DNA of 26,102 nt from Deferribacterales bacterium. Lineage in GTDB: Bacteria > Chrysiogenota > Deferribacteres > Deferribacterales > Geovibrionaceae. How positions within the stretch are numbered: position 1 is the stretch's first letter; each line of letters begins with the position of its first letter. The notes under the pieces are model-generated. The model saw only the letters and a list, made by a program, of their open reading frames with translations, had not been told where the DNA came from and ran no database searches. A program made the translations under genes and the position numbers. Location of the stretch: the NCBI GenBank assembly GCA_050251875.1, contig JBFWMA010000003.1, positions 264,536 to 290,637 of the forward strand, given 5' to 3'. Shown one piece after another: positions 1 to 8,636 of the stretch.

Positions 1-797
1 GGCTGAGGCTGTGCGGTTGTCTGTTCCTGTGCGGGCGCGTCAGTGGATATCTCCTCCACTGTCATCAGATCCTCGTCAAAAGCCAGATCGTTTATCTCCT
101 CCACGGAAGCATCGCTGATGATGTATATGCTCGGGCGCAGATACAGCTTGTATGGCTCATATGAAGCCATCAGAGGGATATTGTCCGTGGGAGTCTCCGC
201 CAGATAAAACACGGAGAGTTCTTTGATATTGTTCAGCAGGGTCAGCGGGTCATAGCCGTTTTCCAGCATTTCGTCAGTAAAATTTATCGATATTTTATAT
301 GTTTTTCCAAAACCGGGATTGTTGTCTCTGAGTATCTGAGCCACACGCCCGTCAGCGGAAGCGGAGGGCGCTTTCGCCGCATGTGTTTCTGTTTTCGCCT
401 CTTTTCCGTGGCTGTTGCCGGACATGTTCTCATACAGACCTATCAGCTCGGAAAGGTCTCTGGTGTATGGTTTGTTGTCTCTGGCGAACTCCACCATCTC
501 GAAAAGCACGTCTACTCCTCTCAGCAGGAGGTCTGTGATGTCGGCGTCTATGGTCAGCTCGTTGTTGCGCAGTTTATCCAGAAGAGTTTCCAGATGATGA
601 GAGAACTCGGACATGTTATCGAATCCGAAACCTCCGGCGCTCCCTTTTATGGTGTGTATGCTTCTGAAGACAGCGTTAAAAAGCTCTGCGTCTCCCTCTG
701 ATTCGGCACGGAGGATACTCTCGTTGGCTCCCTCGAGAAGGTCTGTGGCCTCCTCTAAAAATCCCTGTCTGAATTTTTCCATATCTATCTGAGTCAT
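1..797 (-). CDS. cheA: Chemotaxis histidine kinase CheA, N-terminal part (Hpt/P1 plus P2-like region); 3' end lies outside the window
   Basis: Not in the ORF track because there is no stop in the window. Manual translation from ATG at 797 (GGAG RBS upstream): MTQIDMEKFRQGFLEEATDLLEGANESILRAESEGDAELFNAVFRSIHTIKGSAGGFGFDNMSEFSHHLETLLDKLRNNEL, a CheA P1 with the FRxxHTIKG phospho-His motif. The frame stays open to the window edge. Confidence 0.95.
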   Translation of the reverse strand, partial: MTQIDMEKFRQGFLEEATDLLEGANESILRAESEGDAELFNAVFRSIHTIKGSAGGFGFDNMSEFSHHLETLLDKLRNNELTIDADITDLLLRGVDVLFEMVEFARDNKPYTRDLSELIGLYENMSGNSHGKEAKTETHAAKAPSASADGRVAQILRDNNPGFGKTYKISINFTDEMLENGYDPLTLLNNIKELSVFYLAETPTDNIPLMASYEPYKLYLRPSIYIISDASVEEINDLAFDEDLMTVEEISTDAPAQEQTTAQPQ

Positions 798-811
798 ATT
801 CCGCTCCAAAT

Positions 812-1177
812 CTACATTATGCCTAAAAGCATTTTTATATTGAGTATCAGATCGTCAGGTTTCACAGGCTTGGTTATGTATAGGTTGGCTCCGGATTCGT
901 AGCCTTTTTTTCTGTTTTCCAGCTCTTCCTGTGTGGTGATAATGATTATGGGTGTCTCTTTGCCGGCTTTGCGGTATTCTTTTATGAAGGTGATACCGTC
1001 CATTCTGGGCATGTTCAGGTCGCAGAGCATCAGGGCATAGTTGGTCTGCATGGCCTTCTCCATAGCGTCCATGCCGTCTATGGCTCCGTCCGCCTCAAAC
1101 CCGGAAGATTTGAGTATGTTGCTGTGAAAGTGCCTTACCATGTCGGAGTCATCTATTACCAGTACCTTGATACCCAT
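812..1177 (-). CDS. cheY: CheY-type single-domain response regulator
   Basis: 121 aa REC domain: VLVIDD, LCDLNMPRMDG (phospho-Asp), IIITT, YITKP; lies between cheR and cheA. Confidence 0.9.
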   Translation of the reverse strand: MGIKVLVIDDSDMVRHFHSNILKSSGFEADGAIDGMDAMEKAMQTNYALMLCDLNMPRMDGITFIKEYRKAGKETPIIIITTQEELENRKKGYESGANLYITKPVKPDDLILNIKMLLGIM

Positions 1178-1180
1178 CTT

Positions 1181-2008
1181 CTACCCCTTGTAATATACCA
1201 CATTGTTCCCCATGCGCTTCATGCTGAAGGCGGTGGTTATCCTGCCCACGGACTCGCTGTGTCCCAGAAAGATGTATCCGCCTCTGTTCATAGAGATATA
1301 ATAGTGGTCCACTACCTGTTTTCTCGAAATCTCGTCAAAATAGATGAGAACGTTGCGGCAGAAGATAAAGTCGAATCCCCGCTTTTTTCTCATCATCACT
1401 CTGTCCATCAGGTTCAGGTGCTCGAAAGTCACCATATTCCTGACCTCCGGCGTGGGGACATGCTGTCCTCCGGCGGTTTTAAAATATTTTTTATAATATT
1501 CGTCCGGCACGTCTTTCAGACTGCGGTCGTCATATTTTGCGTCTATGGCTTTCGCCAGAACATTTTCGTCTATATCGCTCGCCAGTATCTCAACATTCCA
1601 TCTGGGCAGGTTCTCCAGCATCTCTCTGACGATGATCGCCAGAGTGTAGGGTTCCTCGCCTGTGGAGCATCCGGCAGACCATATTCTCAGGTTATAGTCG
1701 TTTGCCGCCGCTTTTCTCTCGGTTATCTCGGTGAGACAGTGCTCGGCGAAGGTTTCCAGCGTTCCGAACTCACGAAAAAAATATGTTTCGTTAACGGTCA
1801 GCAGGTTCATCAGAGACTGAAACTCGTCTCCGTCATCCTTGAACTTCAGAAACCGCAGATAGTCTCTGACTGTCTCCAGCCCCATTTCATTAAGTCTTTT
1901 TTCTACTCTCTTATTAATGAAATAGCGTTTTTTGTCTTCAAATTTAATGCCCGACTTCTTATAAATGAAAGCTGTCAGGTCAGTGTAATCATCGTTACTG
2001 ATGAACAT
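1181..2008 (-). CDS. cheR: Chemoreceptor glutamate methyltransferase CheR
   Basis: Motifs TVNETYFFRE, IWSAGCSTGEEPYT, FDFIFCRNVLIYF, GGYIFLGHSES. Confidence 0.97.
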   Translation of the reverse strand: MFISNDDYTDLTAFIYKKSGIKFEDKKRYFINKRVEKRLNEMGLETVRDYLRFLKFKDDGDEFQSLMNLLTVNETYFFREFGTLETFAEHCLTEITERKAAANDYNLRIWSAGCSTGEEPYTLAIIVREMLENLPRWNVEILASDIDENVLAKAIDAKYDDRSLKDVPDEYYKKYFKTAGGQHVPTPEVRNMVTFEHLNLMDRVMMRKKRGFDFIFCRNVLIYFDEISRKQVVDHYYISMNRGGYIFLGHSESVGRITTAFSMKRMGNNVVYYKG

Positions 2009-2024
2009 ATTTCCGAGTTATCTC

Positions 2025-3080
2025 CTACAGGGTTTCCAGAAGGTTGGCGAGCATCCGTCTGCTTTCTCCCTCTGCCATTTTCAGTTTGTTTTCTGTGATT
2101 CTGATGGCTCTGTCTCTGTCTGTTCTCGCCAGATATTCCAGCGATGTCATTGAGATGGTTTCGTTTTCATCCGATGACAGTTCCTCATACAGAGCTTCTT
2201 TGCCGGGCATGTCCAGATTGGAAATAACGTAGAAAAAAGTGAGTCTTTCGTCTGTAGAGCCTTCTGTGTTGTTCAGGCTCTGGAGGATGTATTTTGTGTG
2301 TTCCTCGTCCAGCTTATGTATGTTGTTTCTGCTGATTATTTTCAGCACGGCGTTGCCTATTTCTCTGAAATACATAGTGTTTCTGTTGTTCAGAAATGAC
2401 AGCAGAAAATCCAGATGGCGGGCGGCGCCTCTCTCCCCCACCAGTCTCAGCACGGTGGGTTTATATACGCTGTCCATGTTCTTTCCGCCCAGAATGGTGA
2501 GCACCCTGTCCACAGTGGACGGCTGTCCCATGATTATCAGAGTTTCCAGACACGACATACGGACCATCGCCTCTTCGACATTTTCGAATATTTCCATGAT
2601 GTCGGCGAGTGATTCCTCATCATATATTTTGCCCAGATATTCTATGGCGGTTATCATCACGTTCGGCGCTTTGTCTTTCAGCGCCGCTCTGAGGGCGGGG
2701 ATTGAATATTTTGAGCTGGTGGCGACCAGACTGTCGAGAACCAGCTTTCTAACCTCTTTGTTCGAGTGATCCATGATGGATGTCAGATATGCCACGGAGT
2801 CCTCACCCTTTGATCCGAATATCTCTATGGCGCAGTTTCTTACATAAGCGTCTGATGATTCGAAATATTTGGCGATGTCTCTGAAATAGGCGCTGATGTC
2901 CAGAACCTTGAACGCCTCCACGATCAGCTCCCGCACAAGCCGGCTGTCCTCGTGGTAGAGGTGCTCTATGAGAACAGGATAGAGGCTCTCGTCCTTGTCG
3001 GCGAGCACATCTTCAACGGCATATATTCTTTCCGCTTCATCCGGGTTTCTCAGGCTGTTCAGCAGCGTCTGTTTGTCCAC
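2025..3080 (-). CDS. HEAT-repeat protein of the chemosensory operon
   Basis: Repeated HEAT-like units (SRLVRELIVEAF, DAYVRNCAIEIFG, NKEVRKLVLDSL, APNVMITAIEYLG, EAMVRMSCLETL). GTG start with GGGAG RBS; located directly upstream of cheR. Confidence 0.85.
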   Translation of the reverse strand: MDKQTLLNSLRNPDEAERIYAVEDVLADKDESLYPVLIEHLYHEDSRLVRELIVEAFKVLDISAYFRDIAKYFESSDAYVRNCAIEIFGSKGEDSVAYLTSIMDHSNKEVRKLVLDSLVATSSKYSIPALRAALKDKAPNVMITAIEYLGKIYDEESLADIMEIFENVEEAMVRMSCLETLIIMGQPSTVDRVLTILGGKNMDSVYKPTVLRLVGERGAARHLDFLLSFLNNRNTMYFREIGNAVLKIISRNNIHKLDEEHTKYILQSLNNTEGSTDERLTFFYVISNLDMPGKEALYEELSSDENETISMTSLEYLARTDRDRAIRITENKLKMAEGESRRMLANLLETL

Positions 3081-3094
3081 GTCTGACTCCCTAG

Positions 3095-3457
3095 TTATCC
3101 TATGATTTTTTTAATCACTGCCAGCAGGTCGTTGGGCTTGAAAGGTTTTACGATCCACGCCTTGGCTCCTGCCAGTCTGCCTTCCTCTTTTATAGACGCC
3201 TGTGACTCAGTGGTGAGCATTATCACAGGGGTAAATTTATGTGTGGGGTTCTTTTTTACCTCTTTTAAAAAGGTTATCCCGTCCATGTTGGGCATGTTTA
3301 CGTCTGAGACTATCAGGTTGAATCTGCCTGTCTCCAGCTTTTTCAGAGCGTCCACGCCGTCTCTGGCATCCACCACCTCATATCCTGCGGACTTCAGCGT
3401 TGCCGCCACCAGCTGGCGCATGGTAATGGCATCGTCCACTATGAGAATTCTTTTCAT
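3095..3457 (-). CDS. cheY: CheY-type single-domain response regulator
   Basis: 120 aa: ILIVDD, IVSDVNMPNMDG, MLTTES, GAKAWIVKPF; ATGA overlap with the upstream STAS gene. Confidence 0.93.
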   Translation of the reverse strand: MKRILIVDDAITMRQLVAATLKSAGYEVVDARDGVDALKKLETGRFNLIVSDVNMPNMDGITFLKEVKKNPTHKFTPVIMLTTESQASIKEEGRLAGAKAWIVKPFKPNDLLAVIKKIIG

Positions 3458-3753
3458 CCGATTCCTCCGGTTAACTCATCGGGCTTCATGCCGTATGCGG
3501 CAAGAGCGCTGTCTATAGCTTCGTTTGACTTTATATTTATTTTCTGTCCGTTGTCAGCCGCTGTTTTTGCCAGAGAGATGAGAATCTGGAGGAACACCGT
3601 GTCTATGGTGCTCACGTCAGACAGATCAGCCTCGATCTCTTTCTTGCTGATGTCGCACCCGTGCAGAGCTTCCAGAAACTCTTCCGCCATGAAAATCTCT
3701 GATTCAGATGGGAAAACAATCTTAATCTTGGTCTTCAGCTCTTTTATCTCCAT
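3454..3753 (-). CDS. STAS-domain (anti-sigma-antagonist-like) protein
   Basis: 99 aa containing DLSDVSTIDTVFLQILISL, the STAS DLSxVxxIDS/T motif; STAS-cheY pairs are typical of che operons. Confidence 0.8.
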   Translation of the reverse strand: MEIKELKTKIKIVFPSESEIFMAEEFLEALHGCDISKKEIEADLSDVSTIDTVFLQILISLAKTAADNGQKINIKSNEAIDSALAAYGMKPDELTGGIG

Positions 3754-3757
3754 CTGT

Positions 3758-4840
3758 TTACCATCCTTTGTCCACTTTTCTGGTTATCTCCGAGGCTATC
3801 TTATAGCTGGGCAGCACAATGTCCACACTGCCTCCGGCGATCGCCTCTTTCGGCATGCCGAATACCACGGAAGTCTCTTCTGATTCGGCTATGTTGTATC
3901 CGCCGGCATTTTTTATCTTTACCATGGAAGCGGCGCCGTCATTACCCATTCCGGTCATTATAACGCCCATGGTGTCACTGCCGAAGACACCCGCCACCGA
4001 TTCCATCATTATATCCACACTGGGGATGAAGGCGTGTTCGGGTGTTCTGCCCAGACGTATGGTGATTTCGCCGTTCATCTTTTTATACAGGGTCAGGTGG
4101 TGTCCAGCCTTGCCCACATAGCAGACGCCTGGGGTGACTATATCGCCCGCCTCCGCCTCTTTTATATAGAGCAGTGACGCCTCGTTCAGCCTTCTGGCAT
4201 AGGCTTCGGTGAAACCCACGGGCATATGCTGAACCATAAACACAGCGGCGTTCAGGTCTGACGGCAAAGCCGGCAGAACATCGAAAATGGTCTTGGGTCC
4301 GCCTGTGGATATGCCTATGCACACCGCCTTGAAATCGCCTGTGTTCTCCGCTCTTTTCACAGGCTCCGGAGCTTTCTTCCGGAGAATCGCCTCGGGAGCG
4401 GGTCTTGGCACTGTTATTATTCTGGTGAGCTTGCCCAGTCCCAGTCCGGCTGCCGCCTTGATCTTCTGAACCAGCTCTCTCTTAACTATCTCTATATCTC
4501 GGGATACTGTACCGCTGGGTTTCGCCACGAAATCGAAGGCTCCGTTCTCCATCGCCTCGAAGGTGGTGTCCGCCCCTTCCTGTGTCAGCGAGCTGAGCAT
4601 TATCACGGGACAGATATTGTTCTCCGTGATTATCTTCAGGGCGGTGAGACCGTCCATCACCGGCATGTTGACATCCAGCGTCACCACATCCGGTTTCAGC
4701 TCCATCGCTTTCTGAACGCCGTCCTCGCCGTTTCTGGCGGTTCCGATGACCTCCACTCCGAAGGCTTCGTCCAGCATCTCTTTTATCTTTTTCCGCATCA
4801 GAGCGGAATCATCGACTATCAGTACCCTGATTTTTTTCAT
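3758..4840 (-). CDS. cheB: Chemotaxis response regulator protein-glutamate methylesterase CheB
   Basis: N-terminal REC (VVTLDVNMP) plus methylesterase with an intact catalytic triad: GISTGG (Ser), VQHMP (His), GMGNDGA (Asp). Confidence 0.97.
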   Translation of the reverse strand: MKKIRVLIVDDSALMRKKIKEMLDEAFGVEVIGTARNGEDGVQKAMELKPDVVTLDVNMPVMDGLTALKIITENNICPVIMLSSLTQEGADTTFEAMENGAFDFVAKPSGTVSRDIEIVKRELVQKIKAAAGLGLGKLTRIITVPRPAPEAILRKKAPEPVKRAENTGDFKAVCIGISTGGPKTIFDVLPALPSDLNAAVFMVQHMPVGFTEAYARRLNEASLLYIKEAEAGDIVTPGVCYVGKAGHHLTLYKKMNGEITIRLGRTPEHAFIPSVDIMMESVAGVFGSDTMGVIMTGMGNDGAASMVKIKNAGGYNIAESEETSVVFGMPKEAIAGGSVDIVLPSYKIASEITRKVDKGW

Positions 4841-6348
4841 TCAGCCTGCATTTTCTCCAGTTTAGTCATCTCCGCCTGAGAAAACAGATCCTCTATGTTC
4901 AGAAGGAGGATCATTTTGTTTGTTTTGTCCACGTTAACCACGCCGGCTATGAACTCGGCGTTGATGGTGGCGCTCAGCATGGCGGGGACATCATCGATAT
5001 CGTCCTGACGGATGCGCAGAACCTCGTCCACTCCGTCCACCACGAAGCCCACCTTCATGTTTTTCAGGTTGACTATGATGACACGGGTGAATTCGTCACG
5101 TTCTTTCGCTGTCAGGTCGAAACGTGTTCTCAGATCGATGAGAGGGATCACTTCTCCCCTGAGATTGATGATGCCTTCAATGAATTTAGGAGTTTTAGGA
5201 ACTTTGGTAACGTTTGTATATCTGTTTATTTCCTGCACCTTCTCTATGAGGATGCCGTACTCTTCGTTCTCTATGCGGAAAGTGACGATCTGTCTTTCTG
5301 TCTCGTTTGATTCGGTGTTAAGATCTGCCATAGTCAGGTTCTCCGTGGTTTGACCGGACGCTTTCACCAGCGCCTCCAGCTCCTGTTTTGAAACGATGAA
5401 TCTGGGCTCCAGCGCCATAACGAGCCTCTCTCCTTTGCCCAGTTTCAGGATGGCGGTTATCTCGCTCTCCTCCGAATCGGAGAAGGTCATGGGCGGTTCT
5501 TCTATCAGGGATTCCTCAACGCTCAGAACGGCGTTCACCCTGTCGGCGGAGAATGCCACCATGATTCCGTTCACGTCCACGATGATTACCCGTGAGCTTT
5601 CCTGAAGTGCGGTGTCTTTTCTGCCGAATTTTCTGTGGAGGGATATCAGAGGAATCACTTTTCCCCTGAGAGAGAATATCCCCAGAACATAGTCCGGGAG
5701 CCCGGGGATGGCTGTTACTTCCGGCATCCAGATGATTTCGTTGATACGGTGAATCTCCACGGCGTATTCCTGTTCCAGGATGTTGAAGCTGATGAATCTT
5801 TTCTCTTTTATACCTGCCGCCGCCTCTTCTTTTTCAGCAGACGGCTGTTTTTTATATGTTCTGTGTTCCGTGTCTTTGAGATTGGCGTCCTTCTCTATGA
5901 TCTCGTCTGTGGCGAGGATCTGAATCAGCATCACACGGCTTCCGTCTGTCACCTTCAGGATACCGCTGATGTATTTCTTGTCCACATCGGCGCTGAGCAT
6001 CTCCGGAAATGCATCGATATTGTGCACTTCCGTTGATTTTACTTCGCTGACGGATTCCACCACCAGTCCGGTGAGGGTGTCGTCCTTCTCTATGACTATC
6101 ACACGGGTGTCGTCTGTGTGTGTACACGGCTTTTTGTATCCGAGCCTGAGCGACAGATCGGTAAGAGGCATCACCTCTCCCCTCAGATTGCTCATGCCCA
6201 GAACATAGTCCGGCATCTTAGGCACACGGGTGATGTGCGGCAGACGTATTATCTGCTTAACATCATCTATGCCTATCCCGAATGTCTCGTTTCCCACACG
6301 GAAGGAAACGTATATATTGTCCTGCTGACCTGATTGCGCTGTTGACAT
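4837..6348 (-). CDS. cheW: CheW adaptor with three tandem CheW domains
   Basis: 503 aa with three CheW repeats: TRVPKMPDYVLGMSNLRGEVMPL, TAIPGLPDYVLGIFSLRGKVIPL, TKVPKTPKFIEGIINLRGEVIPL. Strong AAGGAGGT RBS. Confidence 0.95.
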   Translation of the reverse strand: MSTAQSGQQDNIYVSFRVGNETFGIGIDDVKQIIRLPHITRVPKMPDYVLGMSNLRGEVMPLTDLSLRLGYKKPCTHTDDTRVIVIEKDDTLTGLVVESVSEVKSTEVHNIDAFPEMLSADVDKKYISGILKVTDGSRVMLIQILATDEIIEKDANLKDTEHRTYKKQPSAEKEEAAAGIKEKRFISFNILEQEYAVEIHRINEIIWMPEVTAIPGLPDYVLGIFSLRGKVIPLISLHRKFGRKDTALQESSRVIIVDVNGIMVAFSADRVNAVLSVEESLIEEPPMTFSDSEESEITAILKLGKGERLVMALEPRFIVSKQELEALVKASGQTTENLTMADLNTESNETERQIVTFRIENEEYGILIEKVQEINRYTNVTKVPKTPKFIEGIINLRGEVIPLIDLRTRFDLTAKERDEFTRVIIVNLKNMKVGFVVDGVDEVLRIRQDDIDDVPAMLSATINAEFIAGVVNVDKTNKMILLLNIEDLFSQAEMTKLEKMQAE

Positions 6349-6378
6349 CTATACCTCCTTAATCAGTATTAGGAGCTG

Positions 6379-8616
6379 TTAGAATGTCTGCATTTCATCA
6401 GCCAGTGACGCAACTTCTTCAGCCGCTGAGGCTATCTCCTGCAATCCTTTCACCTGCTCGTCAGCGGCGGTTTTCGCCTCTTCGGAGAGTGATTTCAGGT
6501 TTTCCGCCGCCTCACGTCCCTGATCACAGGCGGAGCCGACTTTGGATACTTTATCCTCGCTGGCGTCCACATGGTTGGAACATGTGACGTAGAGCTCTTT
6601 CAGATGTTTTCTGATGTTGACTACTTCCACAAGGTTGTCAACGGCGTATTGGGATTTTGTTATCTGAACACGGATGAGAGATGTGATGTCCGCCAGCTCG
6701 TTCTGAAAGTTGACGACTCTTTCATACATCTCATCCAGAATGTCTTTCATCTTGTCTGCGTTGTCGGCTGACTCGTTAGCCAGTGAGCGGATGTCAGCGG
6801 CAACCACAGAGAAGCCCCTGCCGTATTCGCCTGATCTTGCCGCTTCTATGTTTCCGTTAACGGCGAGCATGTTGGTCTGGATAGCCACGTTGTTGATGGT
6901 ATCCACGATCTTTTTGATGTTGCCGAAAGATTTATTAAGAACGGTCACTTCTTCATGCACGTCTTTCAGGTTGTTGATAGATGTGGTGAAGCCCTGAATG
7001 ATAAGCTCGATCCCGTGTTTGAAATCTTTGAACTGAGTTTTGAACTCGTCCACGGCGGGTTTTACTTTTTCATTGAAGAGTTTTCTGGACTCCTGCACCT
7101 TGCCCTCTTTCGCCAGAGCCATGATCTCGCCTGCGCCTATGTGCACATGGTTATGGGGCTCACGGATACAGTCATACGCCTTCTCCTCTTTGCCGGATTC
7201 AGGTTTGTATGTCATGTACCACGCTCCGAAAGCGCATTTGGTGGGGTCGAGCTGTCCGTGGAAGTCGTGGTTGTTGTTCATGGCGTCTTCGAGCTGGTTG
7301 ATGAATACTATGTGGTCCAGAGCCTTTATCTCGTCCATGGCGTTGTCCACCAGGACTCCGTGCTCTCTCATTATTTCCCAGCTTCCTTTGACTGCTGTTA
7401 TATGTTTGTTGATCTGATCGAATTCTTTTGTGATTCCGTTGATTTCGGAGAATATCTCCGATGTGCCTGTGTCCATCTGGTCGATGGCTTTCAGAACCTC
7501 GTCAGCGGAAGCGTTCAGCTCCTCAATTGTGGAAGAGAGTTCTTCGGCTGCTGCTGCCACCTCTTCGGATGATTTGGCTATGTCGGTGGACTGTTTCAGA
7601 TCGTCCGCCATCTCTGCCAGCTCCTGAGAAGCCACGGTGAGCTCGTTGAACGCTTTGGTCTGTTCATCGGTGAACTTGCCGACTTCCTCGGCGGCGGCGG
7701 CGTTCTGCTCTGCGGATGAAGCCAGTCTGTTCACCAGATCCATCGCCTTGGTTGATTCATCGCTGACGCTGAGAGCGCCCGCTTTGATCTTCTGCACTTC
7801 CACACCGATTATGTCTGTGTGGCTGCGCACCTGACCGCACTGTTTGCTGATGAAATCCGCTTTGAAAAGGTTGGTTCTGGACAGGATGAGGAAGCGGTCA
7901 ACCTTGTTAACCACTGTGGCAACCTGTGTGAGTGACTGATCTATAACATCTTTTATATTTTTCGCTGATTTTTCGGATACTTCCGCCAGTGTTCTGACCT
8001 CGTCAGCCACAACGGCGAATCCTTTTCCGTGTTCTCCGGCTCTGGCTGCCTCGATGGCGGCGTTGAGAGCGAGGAGGTTTGTCTGGTCGGCGATCTTGGT
8101 AACCACCTGAACGATCTGTCCGATGGAGTCCGCTTTCTCTTTGAGCTGGTCAACCAGAGCGGTGGATTCCTCTACCTTCTCTGTGGCGTCTTTCACGCTC
8201 TCTTTCAGCTCGTTTGCGGCTGTTACGGTGGCTCCGACTTTTTTTATCAGTTCGCCTGTGAGCGATTCATATTCCAGTGTGGTGTTCAGAACGTTTTTGG
8301 CGTCTGATTCCAGCGCTGTGGTGTCTGTCTTGATACCTTCGGCGCTTCTGCTCGCCTGTGCGGATGCCGCTGAAACCTGCTCCATGGAGGCGTTCAGCTG
8401 GTTAGCCGCGCTGGATGCCTGTTCGATGGCAGATGCCATCTCTTCGGACGCTGTGGCGAGCCTTTCGGCGTTCGACTGCTGTTTTGCCAGTGTTCTGGCT
8501 CTGGCTTTTTCCACCGCCTGTTTTTTTGATTCTTCTCTGCTGTATCCGGATCCGATGCTCTGCTTGATGATTCCTGTGTTACCTGTAAGGCTGGTAGGTT
8601 TAGCCAGCTTTTTCAT
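6379..8616 (-). CDS. Soluble methyl-accepting chemotaxis protein with two signalling domains (DosM-like) and an internal CZB domain
   Basis: No TM helix. Tip 1 [37 protein letters not shown] (Q178); tip 2 [37 protein letters not shown] (Q580). CZB ligands DH435...C461AFGAWY...H488NHVH492. GGAGG RBS. Confidence 0.93.
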   Translation of the reverse strand: MKKLAKPTSLTGNTGIIKQSIGSGYSREESKKQAVEKARARTLAKQQSNAERLATASEEMASAIEQASSAANQLNASMEQVSAASAQASRSAEGIKTDTTALESDAKNVLNTTLEYESLTGELIKKVGATVTAANELKESVKDATEKVEESTALVDQLKEKADSIGQIVQVVTKIADQTNLLALNAAIEAARAGEHGKGFAVVADEVRTLAEVSEKSAKNIKDVIDQSLTQVATVVNKVDRFLILSRTNLFKADFISKQCGQVRSHTDIIGVEVQKIKAGALSVSDESTKAMDLVNRLASSAEQNAAAAEEVGKFTDEQTKAFNELTVASQELAEMADDLKQSTDIAKSSEEVAAAAEELSSTIEELNASADEVLKAIDQMDTGTSEIFSEINGITKEFDQINKHITAVKGSWEIMREHGVLVDNAMDEIKALDHIVFINQLEDAMNNNHDFHGQLDPTKCAFGAWYMTYKPESGKEEKAYDCIREPHNHVHIGAGEIMALAKEGKVQESRKLFNEKVKPAVDEFKTQFKDFKHGIELIIQGFTTSINNLKDVHEEVTVLNKSFGNIKKIVDTINNVAIQTNMLAVNGNIEAARSGEYGRGFSVVAADIRSLANESADNADKMKDILDEMYERVVNFQNELADITSLIRVQITKSQYAVDNLVEVVNIRKHLKELYVTCSNHVDASEDKVSKVGSACDQGREAAENLKSLSEEAKTAADEQVKGLQEIASAAEEVASLADEMQTF

Positions 8617-8636
8617 ATATGCCTCCGGTAGACTTG

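Noticed and set aside
381..701. Plus-strand ORFs 381-701 and 415-597
   Set aside because: They are antisense shadows of cheA, which occupies the minus strand here.
1124..2098. 324 aa plus-strand ORF, and the many other plus-strand ORFs across the window
   Set aside because: They lie antisense to well-supported minus-strand genes and have no domain motifs.
6379..6396. Receptor C-terminus EMQTF as an NWETF-like CheR/CheB tether
   Set aside because: It lacks the aromatic residue at position 2 and a flexible linker; it aligns with the helical end of the first repeat (ADDLKQ versus ADEMQT).
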